This document shows positions 41,233-51,111 of a stretch of DNA of 64,000 nucleotides, in pieces. The stretch is from Nitrospirota bacterium (GTDB lineage Bacteria > Nitrospirota > Thermodesulfovibrionia > Thermodesulfovibrionales > Dissulfurispiraceae). How positions within the stretch are numbered: position 1 is the stretch's first letter; the number at the start of each line of letters is the position of its first letter. The position numbers were made by a program, and so were the translations under genes. Under the pieces are notes generated by a model, which worked only from the letters and a program-made list of their open reading frames with translations, had not been told where the DNA came from and did no database searches. The DNA lies in the NCBI GenBank assembly GCA_963790025.1, contig CAWBMP010000002.1:448001-512000 (forward strand), in the 5' to 3' direction.

Positions 41233-42398
41233 AAAAAATTGTAATACTGGGTTCCACTGGTTCGATAGGGAAAAGTACCCTGGATGTGGTCGCAAAGTTT
41301 CCCGACCGTTTCAAGGTCGCCGGCCTGACCGCCGGTAATAATGTGTCGCTTCTCATGGAACAAATTCAGCGCTTTCATCCTGAAACAGTTGCCGTTTCCA
41401 ATGAGAAAACCTATCGTGTCCTCCGCGATCTGTTTGCGCAGTATACCGCTCCCTACACTCCGGAAATACGCTTCGGTGTTGACGGCATTTGCAGTACGGC
41501 GTCAATGACCGGGGCAGATATTGTAATATCCGCAATTGTTGGTGCGGCGGGCCTCCTGCCCACGCTCTCTGCCATAAGGGAAGGGAAGACAGTGGGGATA
41601 GCAAACAAGGAAACTCTGGTGATGGCGGGAGAACTTGCTCTTTCAGAGGTCCGCCTCCACGGTACAACGTTATTGCCTGTTGACAGCGAACACAGCGCTA
41701 TTTTCCAATGCATGCATGGTTACGATAAAACGTCTGTGGAAAAAATAATACTTACCGCATCCGGCGGACCCTTCATCGGGAAGACGGCGGCGGAACTTGA
41801 AACCGTTTCCCCCGGCAGCGCGCTTAAACACCCGAACTGGAGTATGGGTCAGAAAATATCTATAGACTCAGCCACGCTGATGAACAAAGGGCTTGAAGTG
41901 ATCGAAGCCTATTACCTTTTCGGTCTGCCCCTCGATAAAATAGATGTGCTCATCCATCCTCAAAGCATTATACATTCCATCATAGAGTTTAAAGACGGCA
42001 GTTACATGGCACAGCTTTCTCAACCCGATATGAGGGGGCCCATTGCCTATGCCCTGTCTTATCCTGCAAGACTCGGCGAGGTGCTGAAACCCCTCGCATG
42101 GGAGAGTCTGCCCGGTCTTACCTTTCAAAAACCAGATACCACCGCGTTCCCGTGTTTATCCTTCGCTTATGCAGCTCTGAAAGAAGGGGGGACGTTACCG
42201 GCAGTGCTCAATGCCTCTAATGAGATCGCTGTCAGGGCCTTCCTGGACGGTATTATTGGTTTTAATAAAATACCTGTTATAATAAAAAAAGTAATGGAAT
42301 CGCATACAACACAGCCTGCCTGTGACATTGCCATTATCCTTGAAACTGACAGATGGGCGCGGGAAGAAACCAGAAAGCTCATAGCTCATAGCTCATAG
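41229..42398 (+). CDS. dxr: 1-deoxy-D-xylulose-5-phosphate reductoisomerase
   Basis: LGSTGSIG, ANKE, PVDSEH and HPNWSMG motifs. Confidence 0.97.
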   Translation: MKKIVILGSTGSIGKSTLDVVAKFPDRFKVAGLTAGNNVSLLMEQIQRFHPETVAVSNEKTYRVLRDLFAQYTAPYTPEIRFGVDGICSTASMTGADIVISAIVGAAGLLPTLSAIREGKTVGIANKETLVMAGELALSEVRLHGTTLLPVDSEHSAIFQCMHGYDKTSVEKIILTASGGPFIGKTAAELETVSPGSALKHPNWSMGQKISIDSATLMNKGLEVIEAYYLFGLPLDKIDVLIHPQSIIHSIIEFKDGSYMAQLSQPDMRGPIAYALSYPARLGEVLKPLAWESLPGLTFQKPDTTAFPCLSFAYAALKEGGTLPAVLNASNEIAVRAFLDGIIGFNKIPVIIKKVMESHTTQPACDIAIILETDRWAREETRKLIAHSS

Positions 42399-42418
42399 CT
42401 ATCCCGGAGGAATCGGAG

Positions 42419-43501
42419 TTGAGTATAATATCTGCGATTTTATTGTTCGGCTTTCTCATCTTTATCCATGAACTGGGCCACTTTCTGTTTGCAAAGATAA
42501 GCGGGGTAAAAGTTCTCAAGTTTTCGCTCGGTTTTGGGCCGACGGTCATCGGAAAAAAGTTCTGTGAAACTGAATATGTGATCTCTGCCGTGCCTCTAGG
42601 GGGCTATGTGAAGATGCTCGGACAGGAGGACATCGGAGAGATTGAAAATGAATCGGAGACTGCTGAGAGGGAGCGGTCGTTCCGCTACCAGCCTGCGTAT
42701 AAGAGGGTGTTGATTATCCTGGCAGGGCCCGTGTTCAACCTTCTTACCGCTGTCGTTATCTTCTTTTTTGTTTTTCTTGCCGGCGTCCCCACGCTGCTCC
42801 CCACAATTGGAGAGGTAATGCCGGACACACCGGCTGCAAAGGTCATGCTGCAAAAGGGCGATAAGATTACGGCCATCAACGGCGCCCCTATTAAACAGTG
42901 GGCTGAGATGACCGATATTATACACAGCAGCCCCGGCAAGCGTTTGGAACTGACAGTGGAAAGAAATGGTGCACTCCTCAACGTCTCAGTGACTCCCGAA
43001 AGCAAAAAGATGAAAGACCTGTTCGGGGAAGAACGGGAAGTGGGCCTCATAGGCTTGAAGCCCTCGGGAGAAACATTTACTGTAAAGGAAAACCTGCCAG
43101 GAGCCATCAACAGTGCAGTCCTGAAAACATGGGACATCTCCGCTTTAACCGTACTCGGAATGATAAAACTTATACAGAGAATTGTTCCTGTTGAAACCAT
43201 AGGCGGCCCTATTCTGATATTCCAACTTGCCGAAAAGCAGGCCACAGCCGGGGCCTTAAGCTATTTCATTTTTGCTGCAGTAATAAGCATAAACCTGGGT
43301 ATATTAAATCTTCTGCCTATTCCTGTTCTGGACGGCGGGCACATCTTTTTCCTCGGTCTTGAGGCTATACGGAAGAAACCCCTGAGCGAGCGGAGCCTTT
43401 TGATTGCACAACGGGTGGGACTGGCCTTGCTGGTTATGCTGATGATGTTCGCAATGTATAACGATATTTTCAGGATCATCAGTGGAAAACCGTTGCCATG
43501 A
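42419..43501 (+). CDS. rseP: RIP metalloprotease RseP
   Basis: [16 protein letters not shown] domain and [11 protein letters not shown]. Confidence 0.96.
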   Translation: MSIISAILLFGFLIFIHELGHFLFAKISGVKVLKFSLGFGPTVIGKKFCETEYVISAVPLGGYVKMLGQEDIGEIENESETAERERSFRYQPAYKRVLIILAGPVFNLLTAVVIFFFVFLAGVPTLLPTIGEVMPDTPAAKVMLQKGDKITAINGAPIKQWAEMTDIIHSSPGKRLELTVERNGALLNVSVTPESKKMKDLFGEEREVGLIGLKPSGETFTVKENLPGAINSAVLKTWDISALTVLGMIKLIQRIVPVETIGGPILIFQLAEKQATAGALSYFIFAAVISINLGILNLLPIPVLDGGHIFFLGLEAIRKKPLSERSLLIAQRVGLALLVMLMMFAMYNDIFRIISGKPLP

Positions 43502-43977
43502 AAGAGGAAGTCCCAAAAATACTTTTACAGGATGAACTTAAAAAAATCGTTGCAAGACTCAAGTCTCAAGGCAAAAAAATAGTTTTTACTAACGGCTGTT
43601 TTGACCTGCTTCATGTCGGGCACGTCCGCTACTTGAAAGATGCTAAGAAACTTGGAGATATACTAATCATAGGACTGAATTCAGATACTTCGGTCAAGCG
43701 ATTGAAGCCTCAAAGGCCCATCAATGAGGAGTCAATGAGAGCAGAGGTCCTCGCATCACTCGAAGCGGTCGATTATGTGACCATTTTCTCCGAAGATACT
43801 CCCTATGAACTTATAAAATCGCTCAGGCCGGATGTCCTTGTGAAAGGCGGCGACTGGAAGAAAGAGGACATTGTGGGCTCGGATATCGTGGCTGAAGTAT
43901 ACAGTTTGCCCTACGTCGCAGGGATTTCGACCACTGAAACCATCGAAAAAATACTTAATACAAAGAAGAGCCGGTAG
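43498..43977 (+). CDS. rfaE2: D-glycero-beta-D-manno-heptose 1-phosphate adenylyltransferase
   Basis: [22 protein letters not shown] and STT motifs. Confidence 0.93.
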   Translation: MKEEVPKILLQDELKKIVARLKSQGKKIVFTNGCFDLLHVGHVRYLKDAKKLGDILIIGLNSDTSVKRLKPQRPINEESMRAEVLASLEAVDYVTIFSEDTPYELIKSLRPDVLVKGGDWKKEDIVGSDIVAEVYSLPYVAGISTTETIEKILNTKKSR

Positions 43978-44007
43978 GCGCTTACTTCTTGGTAAAGGAG
44001 AGTGCGT

Positions 44008-44673
44008 ATGTCCAGAAAAAGTTTCTATGTGTCGCTGCTGCTCACCGTTATTATTTCTTTCGGTCTTTGCTTTGCTGGTGCTCAAAAAAGTGACGATGCC
44101 TTAAGCAAGCTCGTTGACGGCAACAAGAGGTTCGTTTCGGGGAATCTGCAGTTAAAAGACCTAAGCGGTGAAAGGCGTAAAGAACTCTCAAAAGGGCAGC
44201 ACCCTTCTGCAATAGTAGTTGCCTGTTCGGACTCGAGGGTGCCGCCTGAAATCATCTTTGACCAGGGTCTGGGTGATGTCTTCGTCATCAGGGTCGCCGG
44301 CAACGTGCTCGATCCCGTCTCCGTGGGCAGCATCGACTACGCTGCCGAACATCTCCATGCACCCCTTATCATTGTCCTTGGACATGATAATTGCGGGGCT
44401 GTGAAGGCCGCTCTCGAAGCAAAAGAGAAAACCGCGGACAATATTGGGGCAGTGATTAGGAAAATACTGCCTGCTGTAAAAAAGGCAACTGAAAGGGGAG
44501 GCTCCAAAGAGGATATCCTAAATAATGCAATCAGGGAGAACGTGATGGTACAGCAGAAATACCTGCTCAGGAAAAGCGCTATCGTGAGAAACCTGATCGC
44601 GTCAGGAAATCTTAAGATTGTTACCGGCATATACCACATCGAGAGTGGGGAGATCGAGCTGTTCGACAAGTAG
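44008..44673 (+). CDS. Beta-class carbonic anhydrase with signal peptide
   Basis: GNKRF, CSDSRV, RVAGN and GHDNCGAV zinc ligands; hydrophobic N-terminus ending CFA. Confidence 0.92.
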   Translation: MSRKSFYVSLLLTVIISFGLCFAGAQKSDDALSKLVDGNKRFVSGNLQLKDLSGERRKELSKGQHPSAIVVACSDSRVPPEIIFDQGLGDVFVIRVAGNVLDPVSVGSIDYAAEHLHAPLIIVLGHDNCGAVKAALEAKEKTADNIGAVIRKILPAVKKATERGGSKEDILNNAIRENVMVQQKYLLRKSAIVRNLIASGNLKIVTGIYHIESGEIELFDK

Positions 44674-44761
44674 TAAAAAAGTAAGCACTAGGCAGTAAGG
44701 AGTGAGCAGTAAAGTCTCTTTTCCCCTTGCTACTTACTACCTGTTAGTTTATGATATTTCG

Positions 44762-45700
44762 ATGAAACATATCTTTTTCATCATTTTTATGTTCGTCCTT
44801 TTATTGCTCTCTCTTCCTTCGTTATCCCTTGCAACGCCGGAATTTGCCCAGAAGACGGGACTGGAATGTACTGAATGCCATATTAACCCTGCCGGGGGAA
44901 GACCACTCAATGAAAGGGGGAACGCATACTTAAAAGAACTACAGGCAAAACAACACTATAAACCGCTTACATCGGCACAAAAAATAGTACGCCTGCTCAT
45001 CGGATATCTCCATATGATGGCTGCTATCACCTGGTTCGGGGCCATAATTTACGTCCATCTGCTCCTCAAACCGTCATATGCAGCAAAAGGTCTCCCGCGC
45101 GGCGAGCTCCGTCTGGGCTGGATATCCATGGTTATAGTCCTCATAACGGGCACCCTGCTCACTATCGCCAGAATGTCTTCATGGCAAGCTTTTTATACTT
45201 CACGGTTCGGCATTCTGCTCAGTATCAAAATATTGCTGTTTGCCATTATGTTCCTGAGCGCTCTCATTGTGACCGTTTTCATAGGACCCAGATTGCGCGC
45301 TGAGAGAAAAAATGGGACGCTTCTAATTTCCGAGCTGAAAAAATTAGAAGCGTCCCATTTTTTCTCTCAGGACGAACTTGCCATGTTTGACGGAAAAGAA
45401 GGAAGGCCGGCCTATGTCGCATATAAAGGTGTGGTTTACGATGTCTCGCAGAGCCGGCTCTGGAAAGACGGTTCTCATTTGAGAAAACATAATGCGGGGC
45501 TGGATATGACCGATATCCTGAAAACAGCGCCCCACACCGAGGAAAAGATCCTTGCAATGCCTGTGGCAGGAAACCTTATATTGACAGCCGAAAAACCACT
45601 GCTGCCGTTTCATGTGCGGCTATTCTACTTTTTTGCCAGGATGAACCTGGTGTTTACCTTTATAATAGTATTCATAGTTGCTCTCTGGCGGTGGTGGTAG
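44762..45700 (+). CDS. Membrane protein: CXXCH domain + CopD-like TM bundle + cytochrome b5-like domain
   Basis: Signal peptide, CTECH, TM region with H..AA..WFG and KILL, then ELAMFDGKEGRPAYVAYKGVVYDVS...H...HNAG.D...APH. Confidence 0.75.
   Translation: MKHIFFIIFMFVLLLLSLPSLSLATPEFAQKTGLECTECHINPAGGRPLNERGNAYLKELQAKQHYKPLTSAQKIVRLLIGYLHMMAAITWFGAIIYVHLLLKPSYAAKGLPRGELRLGWISMVIVLITGTLLTIARMSSWQAFYTSRFGILLSIKILLFAIMFLSALIVTVFIGPRLRAERKNGTLLISELKKLEASHFFSQDELAMFDGKEGRPAYVAYKGVVYDVSQSRLWKDGSHLRKHNAGLDMTDILKTAPHTEEKILAMPVAGNLILTAEKPLLPFHVRLFYFFARMNLVFTFIIVFIVALWRWW
45300..45370. repeat. Perfect 30-bp inverted repeat inside a CDS
   Basis: CTGAGAGAAAAAATGGGACGCTTCTAATTT, 11-nt spacer, then the exact reverse complement. 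Confidence 0.9.
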
Positions 45701-45732
45701 GTAGTTTATAGTATAATTAAATCATATATAGC

Positions 45733-48700
45733 ATGCCAATCCTGTATCAACACTTGATAAATCATGTCACGGAACTTCTCCAGCAGCTAAAATCCGATCC
45801 TGGGGGGAGGATTTATAACCTCTCGGTCCCTCATTTGGCATTACTTCTTTTGTTCGATATCAGCCCGTTTGTTGTAATCGAGGATTCCACCGAATCAGCC
45901 GCTGCGCTCTATAATGATCTTCAGTTTTTCAGGCAACTTGTACCGGGCAGTGACAGGACCATAAGTCTCTTCCCGCCTGGCTCGAGCCCTGAGTTGATAG
46001 GTAAAAGGGCATCGGTACTTCTGGCAGGCATCACCGAAGAGAATATCGGAATCATTACTTCTCCTGAGGCTTGCATGACAGGATTCTCTCTTTCCCGGAT
46101 AATGGATACGGTCACAATTGTGAGAAAGGGAGCATCCCTTGAGCGCGACAAATTGAATACTATACTAGCGGGCCTCGGTTACAAAAAGGTGAGTATCGTA
46201 GTGGAAAAAGGTGAATATAGCCAGAGGGAATGGCTGTTTGATATTTACCCCGCCACCGAAGATATGCCGGTTAGAGTAGAGTTTTTCGGGGACGAAATAG
46301 AAGTAATGCGAGCGTTCGATGTAGAAACTCAGCGTTCAATAAGAGAGGTCCAGGAACTGGTAATTTTCCCGGCCGGCGAGGACAAACCCGGCAATACCAT
46401 AATCCACGAGCTGGCACAAAGTATAAACCCTGATGTGTTCGTTATCGGTGACGCCAGCTTGTCAGTTTGTTCGCTTGACAGCCGACCGCATTGCCGGCTT
46501 TACTCTGTGTCACATCTGCCGTTCGCCGGAGAAGGAATCGATGCAATGGAGCGTTCAATCAAAGGCATGGGAATTTTACCTGAAGAGCGCAAAGAACTCG
46601 GTGACATACCTGCGGCGCTTAAGTTGGCCGGTTCCGACATCCTGATAGTCCTTCCATCTGAAGCCCAGGCCGAGCGTCTGAAAGATATCGTCTTTGACGG
46701 AGGGGTAATAGCTCCGATAATCAGGAGCAAAGACCTGGAGTCATATGAGGGCGGGATCAGCATCACAAACGGCACACTTTCATCTGGCATGCGGATACAG
46801 AACGTACTGATCCTGACCGACAGGGAACTCTTCGGAGAGCGACCCGCTTACCGGCCTCTGAGGCGATCAAAGGCTTCCAGACTTCTCTTCACTATAGACG
46901 ATCTGAAAATCGGTGACCTTGTCGTGCACAAGGACCACGGAATAGGAAGATTCACGGGACTGCAGCGGCAAAGGACTGAAAACTGCGAAGAGGACTTGAT
47001 TACCCTTGAATATGCTCAAGGCGACAGGCTGTATATCCCGTTTTACAGCATAGATAAATTACAGAAATACAGCGCCGGAGAAGGGCATACTGCGCCTATT
47101 GACCGGCTTGGAAGCAAGAAATGGAATAAAACAAAACAACGGGCCAGGGAAAAAATAAGGGAAATGGCCGACAAACTCGTTAAGTTGTATGCCGAGAGAA
47201 AGGTTTCCCGTGGATTCGTATTTAGTGAAGATACAACCCTGCACCGGGAATTTGATGATTTTTTTCCTTATGACGAGACACCTGATCAGATAAAGGCTTT
47301 TGAGGAGATTCAAAAGTACATGCACTCGGAAACCCCTATGGACATGCTGCTTTGCGGCGATGTCGGTTACGGCAAAACCGAGGTTGCGATAAAGGCTGCA
47401 TTCAGGGCCGTGTTTGACGGCAAACAGGTGGCTGTCCTTGTGCCGACAACGCTGCTTGCAGAACAGCATTACAGGACCTTTAAAACACGGTTTTCAGGAT
47501 TCCCGGTGAAAATCGACTACCTGAGCAGGTTTAAGAGCAAAGAGAATATCCAACAGGCAATCAAGGCCCTGGCTGACGGTGAAACCGATGTCATAATCGG
47601 CACACATATGCTCCTGAACAAAAAGCTCCGGTTTCCCGACCTCGGGCTGCTTATTATTGACGAAGAGCACCGTTTCGGTGTTGCCCAGAAAGAACGGCTT
47701 AAAGAACTCAAGAAGGGTGTAGATATTCTTACGCTTACGGCAACTCCTATTCCAAGAACACTGCATATGTCGCTGTCAGGTATAAGGGAAATCGCTACTA
47801 TTGAAACCCCGCCTGAAGAAAGGCTCGCAGTCAGGAGTATTGTCACACCTTTTAACGATAAAACAATAAAGGAAGCGGTCGAGAGAGAACTGAAAAGGGG
47901 CGGCCAGGTGTTTTTCGTCCATAACAGGGTCCGGGACATAGAAAAAGCGGCTGAATATTTACGAAAACTGGTGCCTAATGCGCGGCTTGCCATAGCGCAC
48001 GGGCAGATGCCGGAGGTCGAGCTGGAAAAAATTATGCTGCGGTTCCTGAACGCCGACATCAATACGCTTGTGTGCAGCGCAATTATCGGCTCGGGCCTCG
48101 ATATCCCCATTGCAAATACCATTATACTGGACAGAGCAGATACGTTCGGACTGGCTGATCTTTATCAACTCAGGGGACGGGTCGGCAGAGGCAATGTGCA
48201 GGCCTACGCGTACTTTCTGATACCCCGCGAAGACAGCCTCACCGATGAGGCAAAAAAACGCTTGCAGGCCATACAGGAAATGAGCTATCTGGGGGCGGGA
48301 TTCAGGCTTGCACTGAAAGACCTTGATATTCGCGGCGCCGGCAACCTTCTCGGGGCCGAACAATCAGGGTATATCGAGGGGGTCGGGTTTGATATGTATA
48401 TTGAAATGCTCGAAAAAGCCGTTGCCGAGTTGAAGGGACAGGTGGTGGTGGAAGAGATCGAACCGTCAATAAAGCTGCGCCTTTCGGCATTCATTCCTGA
48501 TAATTACATCTCCGATATCACTCTCAGGCTCAACATCTATAAACGCATATCATCGCTAAAGTCCATCGAGGCCCTAGCGGACCTGGGGGATGAACTCTCC
48601 GACAGGTTCGGCATACTGCCCGAAGAAGCGTTAAACCTTATGCATGTTATAAAAATCAAGCTGCTTTCAAAACAGCTGTATATAACAAAGGTCACCGATA

Positions 48701-48954
48701 TTGACGGAAGGTACCGTTTTTCCTTTCTCATTGATCCGGATAATACCTATAAGATTCCTGAGGATTTCTTTGACCGTCTTATGAAAGCCCTTTTTCCCCT
48801 TTTTTCCGGCATGTCCATCAGGTTTCTTCCCGATGGGTTTGAGTTGGACGCTCATAATATGGTCCTGTCCGAGGCCATAGACAAGGTGGAAAAAACACTG
48901 CAGAGACTAGTCGAACAAATAAATACAGTAGGCAGTAAAGGTAGTAAAGTGTAA
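45733..48954 (+). CDS. mfd: Transcription-repair coupling factor
   Basis: CarD-like HGIGRF, GDVGYGKTE, DEEHRFG, TATPIPRT, QLRGRVGR and TRCF C-terminus. Confidence 0.97.
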   Translation: MPILYQHLINHVTELLQQLKSDPGGRIYNLSVPHLALLLLFDISPFVVIEDSTESAAALYNDLQFFRQLVPGSDRTISLFPPGSSPELIGKRASVLLAGITEENIGIITSPEACMTGFSLSRIMDTVTIVRKGASLERDKLNTILAGLGYKKVSIVVEKGEYSQREWLFDIYPATEDMPVRVEFFGDEIEVMRAFDVETQRSIREVQELVIFPAGEDKPGNTIIHELAQSINPDVFVIGDASLSVCSLDSRPHCRLYSVSHLPFAGEGIDAMERSIKGMGILPEERKELGDIPAALKLAGSDILIVLPSEAQAERLKDIVFDGGVIAPIIRSKDLESYEGGISITNGTLSSGMRIQNVLILTDRELFGERPAYRPLRRSKASRLLFTIDDLKIGDLVVHKDHGIGRFTGLQRQRTENCEEDLITLEYAQGDRLYIPFYSIDKLQKYSAGEGHTAPIDRLGSKKWNKTKQRAREKIREMADKLVKLYAERKVSRGFVFSEDTTLHREFDDFFPYDETPDQIKAFEEIQKYMHSETPMDMLLCGDVGYGKTEVAIKAAFRAVFDGKQVAVLVPTTLLAEQHYRTFKTRFSGFPVKIDYLSRFKSKENIQQAIKALADGETDVIIGTHMLLNKKLRFPDLGLLIIDEEHRFGVAQKERLKELKKGVDILTLTATPIPRTLHMSLSGIREIATIETPPEERLAVRSIVTPFNDKTIKEAVERELKRGGQVFFVHNRVRDIEKAAEYLRKLVPNARLAIAHGQMPEVELEKIMLRFLNADINTLVCSAIIGSGLDIPIANTIILDRADTFGLADLYQLRGRVGRGNVQAYAYFLIPREDSLTDEAKKRLQAIQEMSYLGAGFRLALKDLDIRGAGNLLGAEQSGYIEGVGFDMYIEMLEKAVAELKGQVVVEEIEPSIKLRLSAFIPDNYISDITLRLNIYKRISSLKSIEALADLGDELSDRFGILPEEALNLMHVIKIKLLSKQLYITKVTDIDGRYRFSFLIDPDNTYKIPEDFFDRLMKALFPLFSGMSIRFLPDGFELDAHNMVLSEAIDKVEKTLQRLVEQINTVGSKGSKV

Positions 48955-49069
48955 ACAGCAGGCAGAAAAGAGACTGTCATCCGCAACCATAAAGTACAGT
49001 GCTTTATGCAATCACAATCTTGTCGCTGCATACTAGCTTTACTTCCCAGGAATGATTTAAACTGAACTC

Positions 49070-49852
49070 ATGCGAAAGATTTCCACTTACTCCGCACGTC
49101 CTCCTGCCTATCATTTTATGCTGCCCGCTGCTTACTGCCTGACAGGTACTTTTTTGGTGCTTACTGCCTGCTGCCTGCTGTTTACTTTTTTTGTCAGTTG
49201 TACAACGTTCGGGGATGAGCAGAAGGAAGCAGATTTTCACTATAAAATGGGGATTGCCTCTTTGAGTGAGGGGAATTTACAGGCCGCCTTTGTCGAACTC
49301 CAAAAGACTTTGCGGCTTGATCCCCGCAACAAGGATGCCCTTTTCAGACTCGGATATGTCTATTTGCAGTTTGAAGATTTTGGAAAAGCAAAAGAACTCT
49401 TTATGAGGGCTGTTTCCCTCGATCCCGAATTCTCCGAAGCTTACACCTACCTTGGCATAATTCATATCAGGATGCGTCAATGGAAGGAAGCGGTAGTGCC
49501 GCTTAAAAAGGCATTGTCAAATGTGCTATATGATACTCCCTGGAAGGCCTTTTATTATCTTGGTATTGCCTATTACCGGATCGGACAGTTTGATCTTTCC
49601 ATGGACGCATATAAAGACACGCTAAAACGCTCGCCGTCATTTACAGAGGCATATTACGGTCTCTCCCTGACTTATAATAAAATCGGCAGATACGGCGATG
49701 CAGCCGCTATCCTTGAGCGCGCCATAGAAATTGACCCCGTTTTTAAAGGCGATAAAACAAAATTCATAAGCGAGATGAGGGAAAGGCTGTTAACAGCAAA
49801 GCGAGAAGATGAGGCAGATGCGCGAGACTATCTTGAAATAATGAAATACTAA
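49070..49852 (+). CDS. TPR lipoprotein, PilF/PilW-like
   Basis: Lipobox FVSC, TPR repeats and ALSNVLYDTP motif; N-terminus partly repeat-derived. Confidence 0.7.
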   Translation: MRKISTYSARPPAYHFMLPAAYCLTGTFLVLTACCLLFTFFVSCTTFGDEQKEADFHYKMGIASLSEGNLQAAFVELQKTLRLDPRNKDALFRLGYVYLQFEDFGKAKELFMRAVSLDPEFSEAYTYLGIIHIRMRQWKEAVVPLKKALSNVLYDTPWKAFYYLGIAYYRIGQFDLSMDAYKDTLKRSPSFTEAYYGLSLTYNKIGRYGDAAAILERAIEIDPVFKGDKTKFISEMRERLLTAKREDEADARDYLEIMKY

Positions 49853-49988
49853 TGATGGCAGCCTCATAAAAAGTTCATATGCTGCGTTGCACTGCGCGCT
49901 TCGTCACTGCGGCGTATGAAAAAGTACGCCTCATTCCTCAGGATTTGTGCGCCTTGCCCCTGGAGCTTTTTACGAGGCCGCCATCATT
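49851..49988. mobile_element. MITE-like element (about 138 bp)
   Basis: 26-bp imperfect terminal inverted repeats, AATGATGGCAGCCTCATAAAAAGTTC vs reverse-complemented AATGATGGCGGCCTCGTAAAAAGCTC; internal GGCGTA...TACGCC hairpin; no transposase. Confidence 0.75.
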
Positions 49989-50375
49989 TTTTACACTTCC
50001 TTTATATTGTATAGTGATTTCGTATGCTACGCTGGCATGGTCAGCAGCCAGACCGTCATTCTTTCCTTCACAGGCAAGTTTCCCCTTCCCGGTTTTTTTT
50101 CGATCTTTTACCATCCTTGTTATAATAGAAGTTAAATCAAACCCGCCATTGAGACAATCCCTTATCATGCAATCCATATTAAAATACGCATAGGTGGTAG
50201 GTAAAACATTTACAGTACGCACCATAAGGATGGGATTCAAGCTTTTCTGATAATAGGTCAGATTAATTACAATACTGTCCACCTTAGGAAACCGTTCGGA
50301 TACCAGGCCCGCTGCAAGCTTATTTTGCTTGTTCAGTTCCGCCTTAGCTGAGTGGTACTGCTTGTTTGACATCAT
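49938..50375 (-). CDS. Hypothetical protein with candidate Cys/His metal ligands
   Basis: Protein-like composition with CMIRDC...GGFDL...C...H; C-terminal tail runs into the MITE. Confidence 0.65.
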   Translation of the reverse strand: MMSNKQYHSAKAELNKQNKLAAGLVSERFPKVDSIVINLTYYQKSLNPILMVRTVNVLPTTYAYFNMDCMIRDCLNGGFDLTSIITRMVKDRKKTGKGKLACEGKNDGLAADHASVAYEITIQYKGSVKNDGGLVKSSRGKAHKS

Positions 50376-50400
50376 CCTTTATAGAAGAATCCCTATGTCG

Positions 50401-50601
50401 TCATATCTTGACCACATTGATTGCTTTTGGACCTTTGGGGCCCTTTTCGACATCAAAGCTGACTTTATCACCCTCGGCGAGTGTTTTAAAACCGTCGCCC
50501 TGAATGGACGAATAATGGACAAAGACATCACTGCCGTCTTCGCTGGTGATAAAACCAAACCCTTTCGACTCATTGAACCATTTCACTTTCCCTTGCGCCA
50601 T
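50401..50601 (-). CDS. Cold-shock protein
   Basis: [18 protein letters not shown]...DVFVHYS; AGGAGG SD before the ATG at 50601. Confidence 0.96.
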   Translation of the reverse strand: MAQGKVKWFNESKGFGFITSEDGSDVFVHYSSIQGDGFKTLAEGDKVSFDVEKGPKGPKAINVVKI

Positions 50602-50774
50602 ACAATTATCCTCCTGACGTTTAAGTCCGGTTGTGGTCTCATGTTTTTGCCTGCTAACAAAAAACCACAAAGCAAAGAGTCTTTGTGGCAACATGCATCA
50701 AAAAAGTTCTTTATCTTCAGCAGATTTTTGCATATCCTGAATTTAAAAGTCAATATGTCTTCTGCTTTAATTAA

Positions 50775-50849
50775 TGGAGGCGACGAGCGGATTCGAACCG
50801 CTGGATAAAGGTTTTGCAGACCTCTCCCTTGCCACTTGGGTACGTCGCC
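50775..50849 (-). tRNA. tRNA-Cys(GCA)
   Basis: Reverse complement GGCGACG...GAGGT-CTGCAAA-ACCTT...CGTCGCCTCCA. Confidence 0.95.
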
Positions 50850-50946
50850 GGAAATAAAGGTAAAGGAAGAGGTAAAGGTTAAGGCAGAGCCAGGGGTCTC
50901 CTTTTTATTTTCTTTACCTCAACCTTTACCTCTACCTATTTTTTAA

Positions 50947-51022
50947 TGGAGCGGGCGACGGGATTCGGACCCGCGACCCCAACCTTGGCAAGGTTGTGCT
51001 CTACCAGCTGAGCTACACCCGC
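50947..51022 (-). tRNA. tRNA-Gly(GCC)
   Basis: CAACC-TTGCCAA-GGTTG anticodon arm, CCA end, T-loop TCCGAAT. Confidence 0.95.
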
Positions 51023-51111
51023 AATTTACAACATGAAAAAACTTTATCCTAAAAATTTATCATAATTTTAATGTTTCTGTCAATTATGGGGCAGTGGAAC
51101 TGAGGGATTTA

